A DNA stretch of 48,881 nt from a virus. Taxonomy: Duplodnaviria > Caudoviricetes. This document shows positions 38,946 through 46,540 of this stretch, piece after piece. Under the pieces are notes generated by a model. That model was given only the letters and a program-made list of their open reading frames with translations. It was not told the DNA's origin and ran no database searches. The DNA lies in IMG/VR virus record IMGVR_UViG_3300032212_000510, positions 1 through 48,881 of that record; one strand, written 5' to 3'. Position 1 is the stretch's first letter. The number at the start of each line of letters is the position of its first letter. The translations under genes were made by a program, and so were the position numbers.

Positions 38946-39149
38946 ATGAGGCTGCGGCGTGGAAGGACACGCGGTTTAACGGAACGAATGGTTATTGAAG
39001 AAGCCTACTTGTAAGACAAGTTGTGTAAATATCCGGTAAAGTAGGAATAACCAATAAACTTGATGAAAATATTAACGTTTATCCCTCACTGAGAGGTGGC
39101 AACTAACATTAAGTATAATTCAGCAGGTATCAAGCCCTGCCAGCCTCAT
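38946..39149 (+). ncRNA. Candidate ncRNA with tRNA-like ends and a ~150-nt structured insert
   Basis: ATGAGGCTG/CAGCCTCAT closing stem, GCGTG-GAAGGA-CACGC D-like arm, GCAGG-TATCAAGC-CCTGC T-like arm. Begins at the predicted +1. Confidence 0.65.
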
Positions 39150-39172
39150 TATTTAACTAAAGGAGAAGTGAA

Positions 39173-39541
39173 GTGACTAAAAAGACTAAAGGAACACCAA
39201 GTGAAATAGATGTATTTGTCGGAGGACGATTAAGAGAAATAAGGGTTGCCAAAGGCATATCTCAAGAAAAGCTTGGTGATGCTGTTGATATTACATTCCA
39301 GCAAATACAAAAGTATGAAAATGGGAAAAATAGAATTTCTGCTGGTAGGTTGTACCAATTTGCTACGTTATTCGATGTATCTACCAATGAGTTTTTTCCA
39401 CTTCGTATGGATCATGTTAAAGGTAGCGCATTAACAAAAGAGCAAGTTGATGTGTTGCGCATTTGTAAAGATGTGTCTGAGGATGAAATGAAGCATCTGA
39501 GGGCATTTATTAGGGCACTTAAATATAAGGAGAAGGTATGA
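39173..39541 (+). CDS. XRE-family HTH regulator (alphaproteobacterial type)
   Basis: IDVFVGGRLREIR..GISQEKLGDAVDITFQQIQKYENGKNRISAGRL. AAGGAG RBS. Confidence 0.9.
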   Translation: MTKKTKGTPSEIDVFVGGRLREIRVAKGISQEKLGDAVDITFQQIQKYENGKNRISAGRLYQFATLFDVSTNEFFPLRMDHVKGSALTKEQVDVLRICKDVSEDEMKHLRAFIRALKYKEKV

Positions 39542-39765
39542 GCCTAGAAAAAAGAATGGAAGAGCTACAGGAGCGCCTGAAACGCCGTGAAGCTATGCTT
39601 AAATGGGATCAGCGTATTTTGAAAATGAATATTGGTCTTAAGGAGTTTTGTGATAAATATGGCTTTAGCGATAGTCATATTTGCCATCAAAAAGCTGGGC
39701 GTAGAGGCGCAACACCTGAGCATTTTGCCTCAGTAGAAAAAGCCTTAAAGAAAGAGGGTGTATAA
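39538..39765 (+). CDS. Small Cro-like HTH protein
   Basis: IGLKEFCDKYGFSDSHICHQKAGRR HTH-like segment. ATGA coupling. Confidence 0.6.
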   Translation: MSLEKRMEELQERLKRREAMLKWDQRILKMNIGLKEFCDKYGFSDSHICHQKAGRRGATPEHFASVEKALKKEGV

Positions 39766-39984
39766 CTATGTGGAAATTTATGCTGATAACCTTGGGTATG
39801 ATTTTGTGGGTTAGTTTCGTGTGTATAACTGCTGACTATATCCAAGGTGTATACACAGGTTTCCACAGCTTACCCACAGGGTGCGACTCGTGATAAATTA
39901 AAGGCGCAAGACGTAAATAGATGAAGTTATCCAATTACCTATAACAACAACAACCTTTAAGAATCTTTTATTTATATATTAATA
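39757..39984. other. oriC-like replication origin: DnaA-box array, trinucleotide repeat and AT-rich DUE
   Basis: About nine TTWTNCACA-like 9-mers (perfect TTATACACA on - at 39820-28), then CTA-TAA-CAA-CAA-CAA (39939-53) and an AT-rich tract 39956-84. GANTC at 39885 and 39961. Confidence 0.75.
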
Positions 39985-39998
39985 GAGGGATAGATTGA

Positions 39999-40460
39999 GT
40001 GAAAAAGAAGCCTAACAGCATGTATGCACATCCGGCACGTAAGAAACGCATGCAAAGACCAGAACAAAGACTGCAGATAGCTATCTTTAATTTTGTTAAG
40101 CGTGTTATGCAGCTTGAGGACTGTAGTAGGTTTATTGCAGCTCATTGCCCTAATGGTGGAAAGCGTACCAAAGCAGAGGCAAGTATATTCAAAGCTATGG
40201 GTGTTATGGCAGGCTTTGCAGATATTATAGTTTTGATAGCTCCAAATGAAGTGCATAAGCAGCCAACTACTATTTTCATTGAGATGAAAGCAAAAGATGG
40301 AGGTATGGAAGAATCTCAAATATATTTTGAGGATCGCGTATGCGCTATGGGGTTTAAGTATTATGTGCTTGAGGGTTTAAGTGAGCAAGATGCGCTTAAT
40401 AAGTTTATAGCCATCATGCTGGAAAATGGTGTTGATTTGAATAAAGTGGAAGTGAAGTGA
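39999..40460 (+). CDS. VRR-NUC family nuclease (possible resolvase)
   Basis: PEQRLQ, HCPNGGKR, MGVMAGFADI, FIEMKA, SQ..F. Confidence 0.88.
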   Translation: MKKKPNSMYAHPARKKRMQRPEQRLQIAIFNFVKRVMQLEDCSRFIAAHCPNGGKRTKAEASIFKAMGVMAGFADIIVLIAPNEVHKQPTTIFIEMKAKDGGMEESQIYFEDRVCAMGFKYYVLEGLSEQDALNKFIAIMLENGVDLNKVEVK

Positions 40461-41188
40461 TTATGCGTAAAGTAACTATAGGTGACTGCATCCTTTATAA
40501 AGGTGATGCAATGAAGATAATGCCGGAGCTTTATGGAGCAGGAGAGCAGGTTGATTGTATTGTTGCTGACCCACCATATGAGCTTACAAGTGGTGGATGC
40601 ACAGAAGGTGGGTTGCATGAGCGTTTTGGTAAAAATACACATGGGTATGGTAATAATGGAAAGATAGTTCTGTGTGATATTGATTGGTCAGATTTTATGC
40701 TAGAGCTTTATAATTTATTAAAGCATGGCCATGCCTACGTGATGGCTAATAATCGCAATGTGCAGCCAATGCTTAATGCAGCAGAAAATGCTGAATTTTA
40801 TTTTCACAATTTATTAATTTGGGACAAGATAACAGCAACACCAAATCGCTGGTACATGAAGAACTTAGAATTTATTGGATTTTTCTCCAAAGGTAAAGCT
40901 ATAAATATAAATAATTGCAGCTCAAAGCAGCTTATAAAATGCCCTCAGATAGACGAATCAATTCATCCAACAGAAAAGCCTGTATCTTTGATGGAGCACT
41001 ATATCCTGAACTCAACAAAACCAAATATGTTGGTAGCTGATCCGTTTATGGGTAGTGGTAGCACTGGTGTAGCTGCTGTGCGCGCTGGGCGTAGATTCGT
41101 TGGTATAGAAGAAGATGAGCAATATTTTGATATTGCTGTAGAGCGTATAACTAAGGCTGTAAGCGAGTTTCAACATTCTTTATTTTAG
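40457..41188 (+). CDS. DNA amino-methyltransferase (N6A/N4C, beta class), orphan
   Basis: ADPPY, HPTEKP, DPFMGSGSTG, GRRFVGIE. Confidence 0.93.
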   Translation: MIMRKVTIGDCILYKGDAMKIMPELYGAGEQVDCIVADPPYELTSGGCTEGGLHERFGKNTHGYGNNGKIVLCDIDWSDFMLELYNLLKHGHAYVMANNRNVQPMLNAAENAEFYFHNLLIWDKITATPNRWYMKNLEFIGFFSKGKAININNCSSKQLIKCPQIDESIHPTEKPVSLMEHYILNSTKPNMLVADPFMGSGSTGVAAVRAGRRFVGIEEDEQYFDIAVERITKAVSEFQHSLF

Positions 41189-41191
41189 GTG

Positions 41192-41245
41192 TTGACATGG
41201 TTCGTACAATTTAATAAGGTGCTTATGCAACAAAAGGAGTACAGC
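41192..41245 (+). promoter_or_regulatory. Repeated early promoter/leader module, copy 3
   Basis: TTGACA-tggttcGTACAATTTAA-TAAGGT...GCAACAAAAGGAGTAC..ATG. Confidence 0.75.
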
Positions 41246-41398
41246 ATGAAAGCGTTAGATTTAACAAAGCATCGTTACAATACAAGAGCTATGATAGAGC
41301 GTAACTTACACTTACATCATCAAAAGCTACTATTGGCTAATGTATTTGATGTTGCGTGTATAGCTTGGATATTTTTATTTATATTTCTTGGTGGTTAG
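41246..41398 (+). CDS. Small protein with C-terminal TM segment
   Basis: MKALDLTKH start after AAGGAG. Hydrophobic C-terminus. Confidence 0.55.
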   Translation: MKALDLTKHRYNTRAMIERNLHLHHQKLLLANVFDVACIAWIFLFIFLGG

Positions 41399-41839
41399 AT
41401 GGGAGTACGCAAAAAGACATGTGGTGCGCCAGATTGTAATGAGCGTATTAAAATATACCAAAGCTATTGTAATAAGCATTTTGCACTACTACCACAGCAG
41501 ATTAGAAGCGATATGATAGAGGCAAGGCGAATTAGTGATGGTAAGCTTGTACTTGATGCTAGTAAGAGAGCAATTGAATTTTATGAAAATTACAAGGAAA
41601 AACAAAAAGTGACTACAGGGAAATCAGATATAATTGATGTAATGCTTGAGCCACGCATGGTTAAGGGCGCAGCGCAGGCATTTTGGCAAGGTGATATGAG
41701 GGAGGATAGCACTGGTTCTCATCGTGAGGTATGGATATGGCTACCTTTATCACAAATTAAGGTTGGTGATAAAGATGATAATGGAGTGTGTGAAGTATCC
41801 ATGCCTGAATGGTTGGGTATTGATAAAGGGCTAGTGTAG
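41399..41839 (+). CDS. Hypothetical protein
   Basis: N-terminal C..C...C.KH Zn motif. C-terminal WLPLSQI...MPEWL..DKGL. Confidence 0.7.
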   Translation: MGVRKKTCGAPDCNERIKIYQSYCNKHFALLPQQIRSDMIEARRISDGKLVLDASKRAIEFYENYKEKQKVTTGKSDIIDVMLEPRMVKGAAQAFWQGDMREDSTGSHREVWIWLPLSQIKVGDKDDNGVCEVSMPEWLGIDKGLV

Positions 41840-41850
41840 GGAGTAATAAA

Positions 41851-42348
41851 ATGGAAAGTGCCGTGAATAAACAAGTAGAATTAGATTTTACAGCCACAAA
41901 ATTTGATGGATCAGATTACGATCCAGATAGAGATCAGGCCAGAATGAGCGAGGCCATGGGACGCGTCTTTGAAGTTATGATACGTGATCCTGAGCAGTAT
42001 TGGTCACTACGTGATTTGGCAAAGGAATCAGAGGTGCCACAGAGTAGTGTAGGTAGTTATCTTTGTTATTTGCGCCGCGATTATTTTTATACGGTACCTA
42101 AGAAGCATGTTGAGAATGGTTTATATTTATATAAGCTTGGTAGGCGCTTTAATGAGGATGAAATACTTGAGCGTAAGGCCAAGAAGATTAAGCCTGTGGG
42201 TGATAAAGAGCTTTTTGGTGAGATGATGCGTAGCATCTATGCTTATGCGCATTTACCATTAAGCACAAATCTTGATGCAATGGTAATTGGAACTGAGGCA
42301 TGGCGTAATAATTTTATCAATAAAATAAGGAGTGGCGAGGATGCTTAG
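41851..42348 (+). CDS. Winged-HTH DNA-binding protein
   Basis: WSLRDLAKESEVPQSSVGSYLCYLR...GLYLYKL. Confidence 0.65.
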   Translation: MESAVNKQVELDFTATKFDGSDYDPDRDQARMSEAMGRVFEVMIRDPEQYWSLRDLAKESEVPQSSVGSYLCYLRRDYFYTVPKKHVENGLYLYKLGRRFNEDEILERKAKKIKPVGDKELFGEMMRSIYAYAHLPLSTNLDAMVIGTEAWRNNFINKIRSGEDA

Positions 42349-42589
42349 TAAGAATGAACAAACAGCGATAGATTTTTGTAAAAAGTTAAATACTGATCTT
42401 TATGATACTTTAGTGCGAAATATAGATGTTTTTAAGGGAGAGAGTTCAAGGCAGCATATAGCTGTTGCAGCATGTGCATCAATAGGTCAATTGTATATTG
42501 ATAATCTAAAAGCTACCAAACATATTGTTGATACTGATATTTTCGAAGAGATGAATAATCATATTATACAGGAAATAAATAATGTCTAA
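42341..42589 (+). CDS. Hypothetical protein
   Basis: Operon packing and AGGAG RBS. Confidence 0.55.
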   Translation: MLSKNEQTAIDFCKKLNTDLYDTLVRNIDVFKGESSRQHIAVAACASIGQLYIDNLKATKHIVDTDIFEEMNNHIIQEINNV

Positions 42590-42893
42590 AATCAAGGAAA
42601 AAGAAAAGGTTAAGAATAAACCTCCTAAAATTGATGAGGTGCCTGATGATGATGCTCTTGAGAATTACCAAGGGCAGTGGGGTATATCTTTTGTAAAGCG
42701 TGATGGCTCTCACCACATTGATATTGATGAGGAGCACGATACGGAAGAGATAGCATTAGGCAGGATTGATGAAGCCGAGAAAGGTCTTGAGTATGCGTGC
42801 TTAATGGTGCGCACGTGTAATGGGACAGTTTCTATCACTCAAGATGAGTATGCTTATGGTTATCCGGTACCGTTGGGTGATAACTCAGAATAA
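42582..42893 (+). CDS. Hypothetical acidic protein
   Basis: Operon packing and AGGA RBS. Confidence 0.6.
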   Translation: MSKIKEKEKVKNKPPKIDEVPDDDALENYQGQWGISFVKRDGSHHIDIDEEHDTEEIALGRIDEAEKGLEYACLMVRTCNGTVSITQDEYAYGYPVPLGDNSE

Positions 42894-42923
42894 TTAAATT
42901 ATACAAAACTAAGGAGAAAGAAA

Positions 42924-43241
42924 ATGCAGATAAATAGATCACATAGGGCTGATAAGGCTAATAAACGCAGTCGAGCAAAGGCTGTAATGAAGCGCGCTTA
43001 TGATTGGGGGGTAAACCTAGCCAATGTTAAGGATAAGCTTGCTCATTATCTTATGCGTGAGCAGCAGGAAGAGCTTCTGGATAAAGATGGTGTTGTGAAA
43101 AAGCGTAAAGCTTTAATTGGTAGCATGACAAATTGGCAATACAATCAAGCCGGTAAAAAATGCAAGGGTGCATGGCACACTCTTTCAACAAAGCAGCTTG
43201 AACATTTTGCGTCATTACCACATTGGAAAGCGAAGGTGTAA
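42924..43241 (+). CDS. Hypothetical basic protein
   Basis: AAGGAG RBS. MTNWQYNQ motif. Confidence 0.65.
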   Translation: MQINRSHRADKANKRSRAKAVMKRAYDWGVNLANVKDKLAHYLMREQQEELLDKDGVVKKRKALIGSMTNWQYNQAGKKCKGAWHTLSTKQLEHFASLPHWKAKV

Positions 43242-43383
43242 CGTGTTTTCACTACTTTTTGCTATTGGCCTTTTAGCCATGGAAAACAATCTTAACTGGG
43301 GGATTACTGCATGGCAGTGGTTTATCTGGTGGATTTGTCTATTCATTGAATTTTTATTAAAGCTAGACAAGTGAGGAAGTATT

Positions 43384-43662
43384 ATGCCTAATCAGTACAC
43401 ATACATGACAGGCTTAACACCGCGCCAAAAGGAGCTATACGATATTGTGCGCACCAGCATAATTGAATCTGGTATATGCCCTACTTATGAAAGTATTATG
43501 TTTCGAATGGGGTTGCGTAGTAAAAGTAATGTTAGCCGTGTGATTGATGCTCTTGTAGATAAAGGTTATTTGAAGCGTCATGCACGGCGTGCACAAAGCC
43601 TGATATTGTGCAAAACGCATTGCCCTCATTGTGGTAAAGATATAGCATTGGAGAAAGATTAA
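43384..43662 (+). CDS. LexA-like DNA-binding domain only, with C-terminal CPHCG
   Basis: LTPRQKELYD..GICPTYESI..MGLRSKSNVSRVIDALVDKGYLKR..RAQSL. No peptidase domain. Confidence 0.8.
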   Translation: MPNQYTYMTGLTPRQKELYDIVRTSIIESGICPTYESIMFRMGLRSKSNVSRVIDALVDKGYLKRHARRAQSLILCKTHCPHCGKDIALEKD

Positions 43663-43837
43663 TAAGAATTAGTGATCGTTTTTTGTAGTTTTTGGAACAC
43701 TCGGGGATAGCAGGGGCGTACGTAAACCTGTGAACTGATTACCGAAAAAAGATAAAACACCGTGAGTCCGTGACGTAAAAAGACGACCAAATAGCTGAAT
43801 GTCGTTAAAAGCTGCTTTTTAATTTAAGGAGAGAGAT

Positions 43838-44377
43838 ATGCAACAAGCACAAGTAAGTGATGAATTATATGGTAAAGCAGTAGTGCTTATGCAGGGTACC
43901 GGCAAGGCTTCAACAAGCTTTATTCAGCGTAATATGCAGATAGGTTATAATAGAGCTGCTAGAATAATGAAAGAGCTTGAGGATAACGGGATTGTTACAA
44001 AATGTAACGAAGTAGGAAAGCGTAAAGTTGTAGGGTTCTCAGAATCAGATAAGCTTATTGAGGCTGAACAGACACGTGTGGATGCTGAAAAAGCATCTAA
44101 ACCTGAATTACCGCTTGAGGATGAAAGTAATCCACAAGATGTTGGTGGTGTTGCTGGCCAACGACTGCAGTCATTTATTGAGCGCATTGAAAGGCTTGAG
44201 CAAGAAAAGGCAGCACTGTTAGAGGATATAAAGGAAGTCTATGCGGAGCTTAAAGGTGTTGGTTTTGATGTTAAGGCTACTCGTAAGATTGTGAAGCTGC
44301 GCAAAATGGATACTGAAAAGCGCCGTGAAGAGGATGAAATTCTGGAACTCTACAAATCTGCTATTGGTATGATATAG
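43838..44377 (+). CDS. FtsK gamma domain - GapR (DUF2312) fusion
   Basis: DELYGKAV..KASTSFIQRNMQIGYNRAARIMKELEDNGIV plus LQSFIERIERLEQEK..DIKEVYAE.K.GFDVK..RKIVKLRK..LELY..AIGM. Confidence 0.88.
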   Translation: MQQAQVSDELYGKAVVLMQGTGKASTSFIQRNMQIGYNRAARIMKELEDNGIVTKCNEVGKRKVVGFSESDKLIEAEQTRVDAEKASKPELPLEDESNPQDVGGVAGQRLQSFIERIERLEQEKAALLEDIKEVYAELKGVGFDVKATRKIVKLRKMDTEKRREEDEILELYKSAIGMI

Positions 44378-44434
44378 AGAATCTGTTATTAAGATAACCA
44401 CGAAGTGCACAACTTATAAAAAGGAAAAGTGCTT

Positions 44435-44653
44435 ATGAGTGTAGGCAAATTGAAGTGGTTTAATAACGATAAAGGCTACGGCTTTATCCAGCCAGATGAT
44501 GGCAGTAAAGATATTTTCATACATATTACAGCATTGCAGCGTGCAGGTATTCCTGTACCTGATGAAGGTGCGCGTCTTGAGTATGATCTTGATGATAGCC
44601 GCCAAGGTAAAGTATGCGCATGTAATGTGAGATTGGTAGATGCTGATGAGTGA
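44435..44653 (+). CDS. Cold-shock domain protein
   Basis: GKLKWFNNDKGYGFIQPDDGSKDIFIHITAL (RNP1/RNP2). Confidence 0.95.
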   Translation: MSVGKLKWFNNDKGYGFIQPDDGSKDIFIHITALQRAGIPVPDEGARLEYDLDDSRQGKVCACNVRLVDADE

Positions 44654-44927
44654 TGCTATACAAGAAATTGAAGCCCTTGAGGCTGATAGTGGTAAGTCTA
44701 TCTATAAAGTTGGCGAGTTACCAATTATTGATGGTGCTACACATGGAAGCCAAAAAATCAAAGAAATTGGACAGCACAGCCCTATGGGGCCAGGTGATGT
44801 TTGGTTTTATCAAGTGATTTTTGATGATGATAGTGGCATACGTGTTTACAACATGACAAAGGTGTATTTTGGGAAACCAAAAAAGCCAAGTGCTATTGTT
44901 GTGCCGGAAAATAAAATTATTGTGTAA
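44640..44927 (+). CDS. Hypothetical protein
   Basis: Overlaps the csp stop. Typical composition. Confidence 0.6.
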   Translation: MLMSDAIQEIEALEADSGKSIYKVGELPIIDGATHGSQKIKEIGQHSPMGPGDVWFYQVIFDDDSGIRVYNMTKVYFGKPKKPSAIVVPENKIIV

Positions 44928-45010
44928 TAAGAATTCGTAGCGAACATTAGTTCAAACGATAAACAGAGGCCTAAACGTAAACTGACCAGTGGTGAGAGAA
45001 ACATGAAGAA

Positions 45011-45304
45011 GTGTGCGTGACAATCTGTGAGATTCAGCTTGATAATGGTTTTTCTGTGCGTGGTGAAAGCGCTTGTGTTAATCCAGAAAACTATGATGAG
45101 GAGATTGGTACTACGATTGCATATGATAATGCATTTAAGCAGTTATGGCCTTTATTTGGGTTTATGCTTGCGGAAGACCAGATGCGTGAAAAAGGCCATG
45201 CTCAGAAAGACTCTGAGGAGAAAGGCTCTGATGAGCTTTGTGAGCATGGTAAGTTTGTTGCTGCTATAGCTGGAGCAATGCTAAGTCGCGCAAAAAAGAA
45301 TTAA
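45011..45304 (+). CDS. N4 Gp49/Sf6 gp66-family protein (possible nucleotide-signal sponge)
   Basis: TICEIQLDNGFSVRGESACVNPENYDEEIG..IAYDNA...LWPLFGF. N-terminus short and start uncertain. Confidence 0.75.
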   Translation: MCVTICEIQLDNGFSVRGESACVNPENYDEEIGTTIAYDNAFKQLWPLFGFMLAEDQMREKGHAQKDSEEKGSDELCEHGKFVAAIAGAMLSRAKKN

Positions 45305-45397
45305 GATTTTTAATCTTAAACTCTGGTAAGTGCTTACGGAGTAAAAACAAAAGCACTTCCCCTAATATATATAGCACTAATAGATAAGGAGATTGCT

Positions 45398-45985
45398 ATG
45401 ACAGAAGAAAACACACAGCCAGCAGCTAATGAAGGCGCAATGAAATATTTACCTGAGATGAATGCCGTGGAGAGTAGTAATATTAACGCTCTTGGTTATG
45501 ACGGTAATAATGCATTTGTTGAGTTCAAAGATGGAACTCACTGGATGTACACGGATGTACCAGCATCAACTTATACTGATTGGATGAAATCAGAAAGTGT
45601 TGGTAAGTTTTTCCATGCCAGCATTAGAGGTAAATACAATAGCGCAAGATGGCTCGATGATCAGTGGGTAGATAGTAATGAAGTTTCAAAGGAAGCTGAT
45701 AATGCAGAGGCTGCTGAGGGAAACGATACAGAATCAGAGCAGACAACAACGTTAGAAAGTCAGCCAGATACTGCTCAGGAAGCACCGGATCAGCCTACTG
45801 TTGCTGGTGATGATTATAAAGTGCTAATAGTGGATATGGCTATTACAGTTAATAAGGATGTATCACCAGAAACATTAGCGGAGTGGCTAGTTAATTGTCC
45901 ATATGGCGTGAAGATTGATGGCGTGCGTGATGTTAATGTTTCGATTGAGGCTGAATTTTCACTTTGCAAAGAGCAAGCCGCTTAA
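45398..45985 (+). CDS. KTSC domain protein with acidic extension
   Basis: VESSNINALGYD...VEFKDG..WMYTDVP...SESVGKFF..IRGKY. Confidence 0.85.
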   Translation: MTEENTQPAANEGAMKYLPEMNAVESSNINALGYDGNNAFVEFKDGTHWMYTDVPASTYTDWMKSESVGKFFHASIRGKYNSARWLDDQWVDSNEVSKEADNAEAAEGNDTESEQTTTLESQPDTAQEAPDQPTVAGDDYKVLIVDMAITVNKDVSPETLAEWLVNCPYGVKIDGVRDVNVSIEAEFSLCKEQAA

Positions 45986-46013
45986 TAGTATTTCTAACTT
46001 AGTTACTGTGTAG

Positions 46014-46046
46014 AGGTCTGGCTGCTTTGTGTGGTCAGACTTTTTT
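46014..46046 (+). terminator. Rho-independent terminator
   Basis: AGGTCTGGCTGC...GTGGTCAGACTT followed by T run. Confidence 0.7.
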
Positions 46047-46059
46047 AATTGAGGATTAC

Positions 46060-46338
46060 ATGCAAACTATAGATATAGATAATGATCAATATATATCACC
46101 CATCCCATATACTACCAAAAGAGATATGGTAGATAAGCTGTGCTCTCATGGGTGGGATGTTAGCCAAAGTTATAATAATGAATCAAAGATAATAGTAATA
46201 AGAGGGCCATGGAGTGGTGTGTGTTGGGTAGAGATACCTGATTATGAGCTGCATGATCATGCCAGCGCATTGCAGGATGTATATAAGGTAGTTGGCCATG
46301 CTATGAGCGATGTTATGGGTATATCAGGGAGAGCGTAA
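46060..46338 (+). CDS. Hypothetical protein
   Basis: ATG 46060 after GAGG RBS. Confidence 0.6.
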   Translation: MQTIDIDNDQYISPIPYTTKRDMVDKLCSHGWDVSQSYNNESKIIVIRGPWSGVCWVEIPDYELHDHASALQDVYKVVGHAMSDVMGISGRA

Positions 46339-46355
46339 GTAATAAGGAGTGTAAA

Positions 46356-46540
46356 GTGTCTAGCTGTGAAAGAAGTGTTTTACAACAGAAAATGAAGCCA
46401 AAAAATTTGCTAAAAGGTTTTATTGCAAAGATCGCAGGCAAAGAACTTATTTTTGCACAGTGTGTAAAGCATGGCACTTAACTACACAGAGAGTAGGTTA
46501 TCGTAAGAAGTTCAAGAGGAATAGGAGAAAGAAAAAATGA
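46356..46540 (+). pseudogene. Frameshifted small Zn-finger gene (C..K..F...YxCxxCxxWHLT family)
   Basis: AAGGAG then GTG TCT AGC TGT GAA. The -1 frame continues KKCFTTENEAKKFA...YFCTVCKAWHLTT to a TGA overlapping the next ATG. Confidence 0.6.

Noticed and set aside
38946-39149. Calling this element tmRNA or an intron-containing tRNA
   Set aside because: No G3-U70 alanine identity, no CCA, too short for tmRNA, and no group I core or reconstructable anticodon arm was identified.
39757-39960. Repeats as a CRISPR array or Rep iterons
   Set aside because: Units are degenerate 9-mers in both orientations without unique 30-bp spacers. No cas or rep gene was recognised, and they fit DnaA boxes better.
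45003-46378. Shared AAGAAGTGT at both apparent frameshift sites as a common recoding signal
   Set aside because: The word is in different reading phases at the two sites, and there is no canonical slippery heptamer or stimulatory structure.
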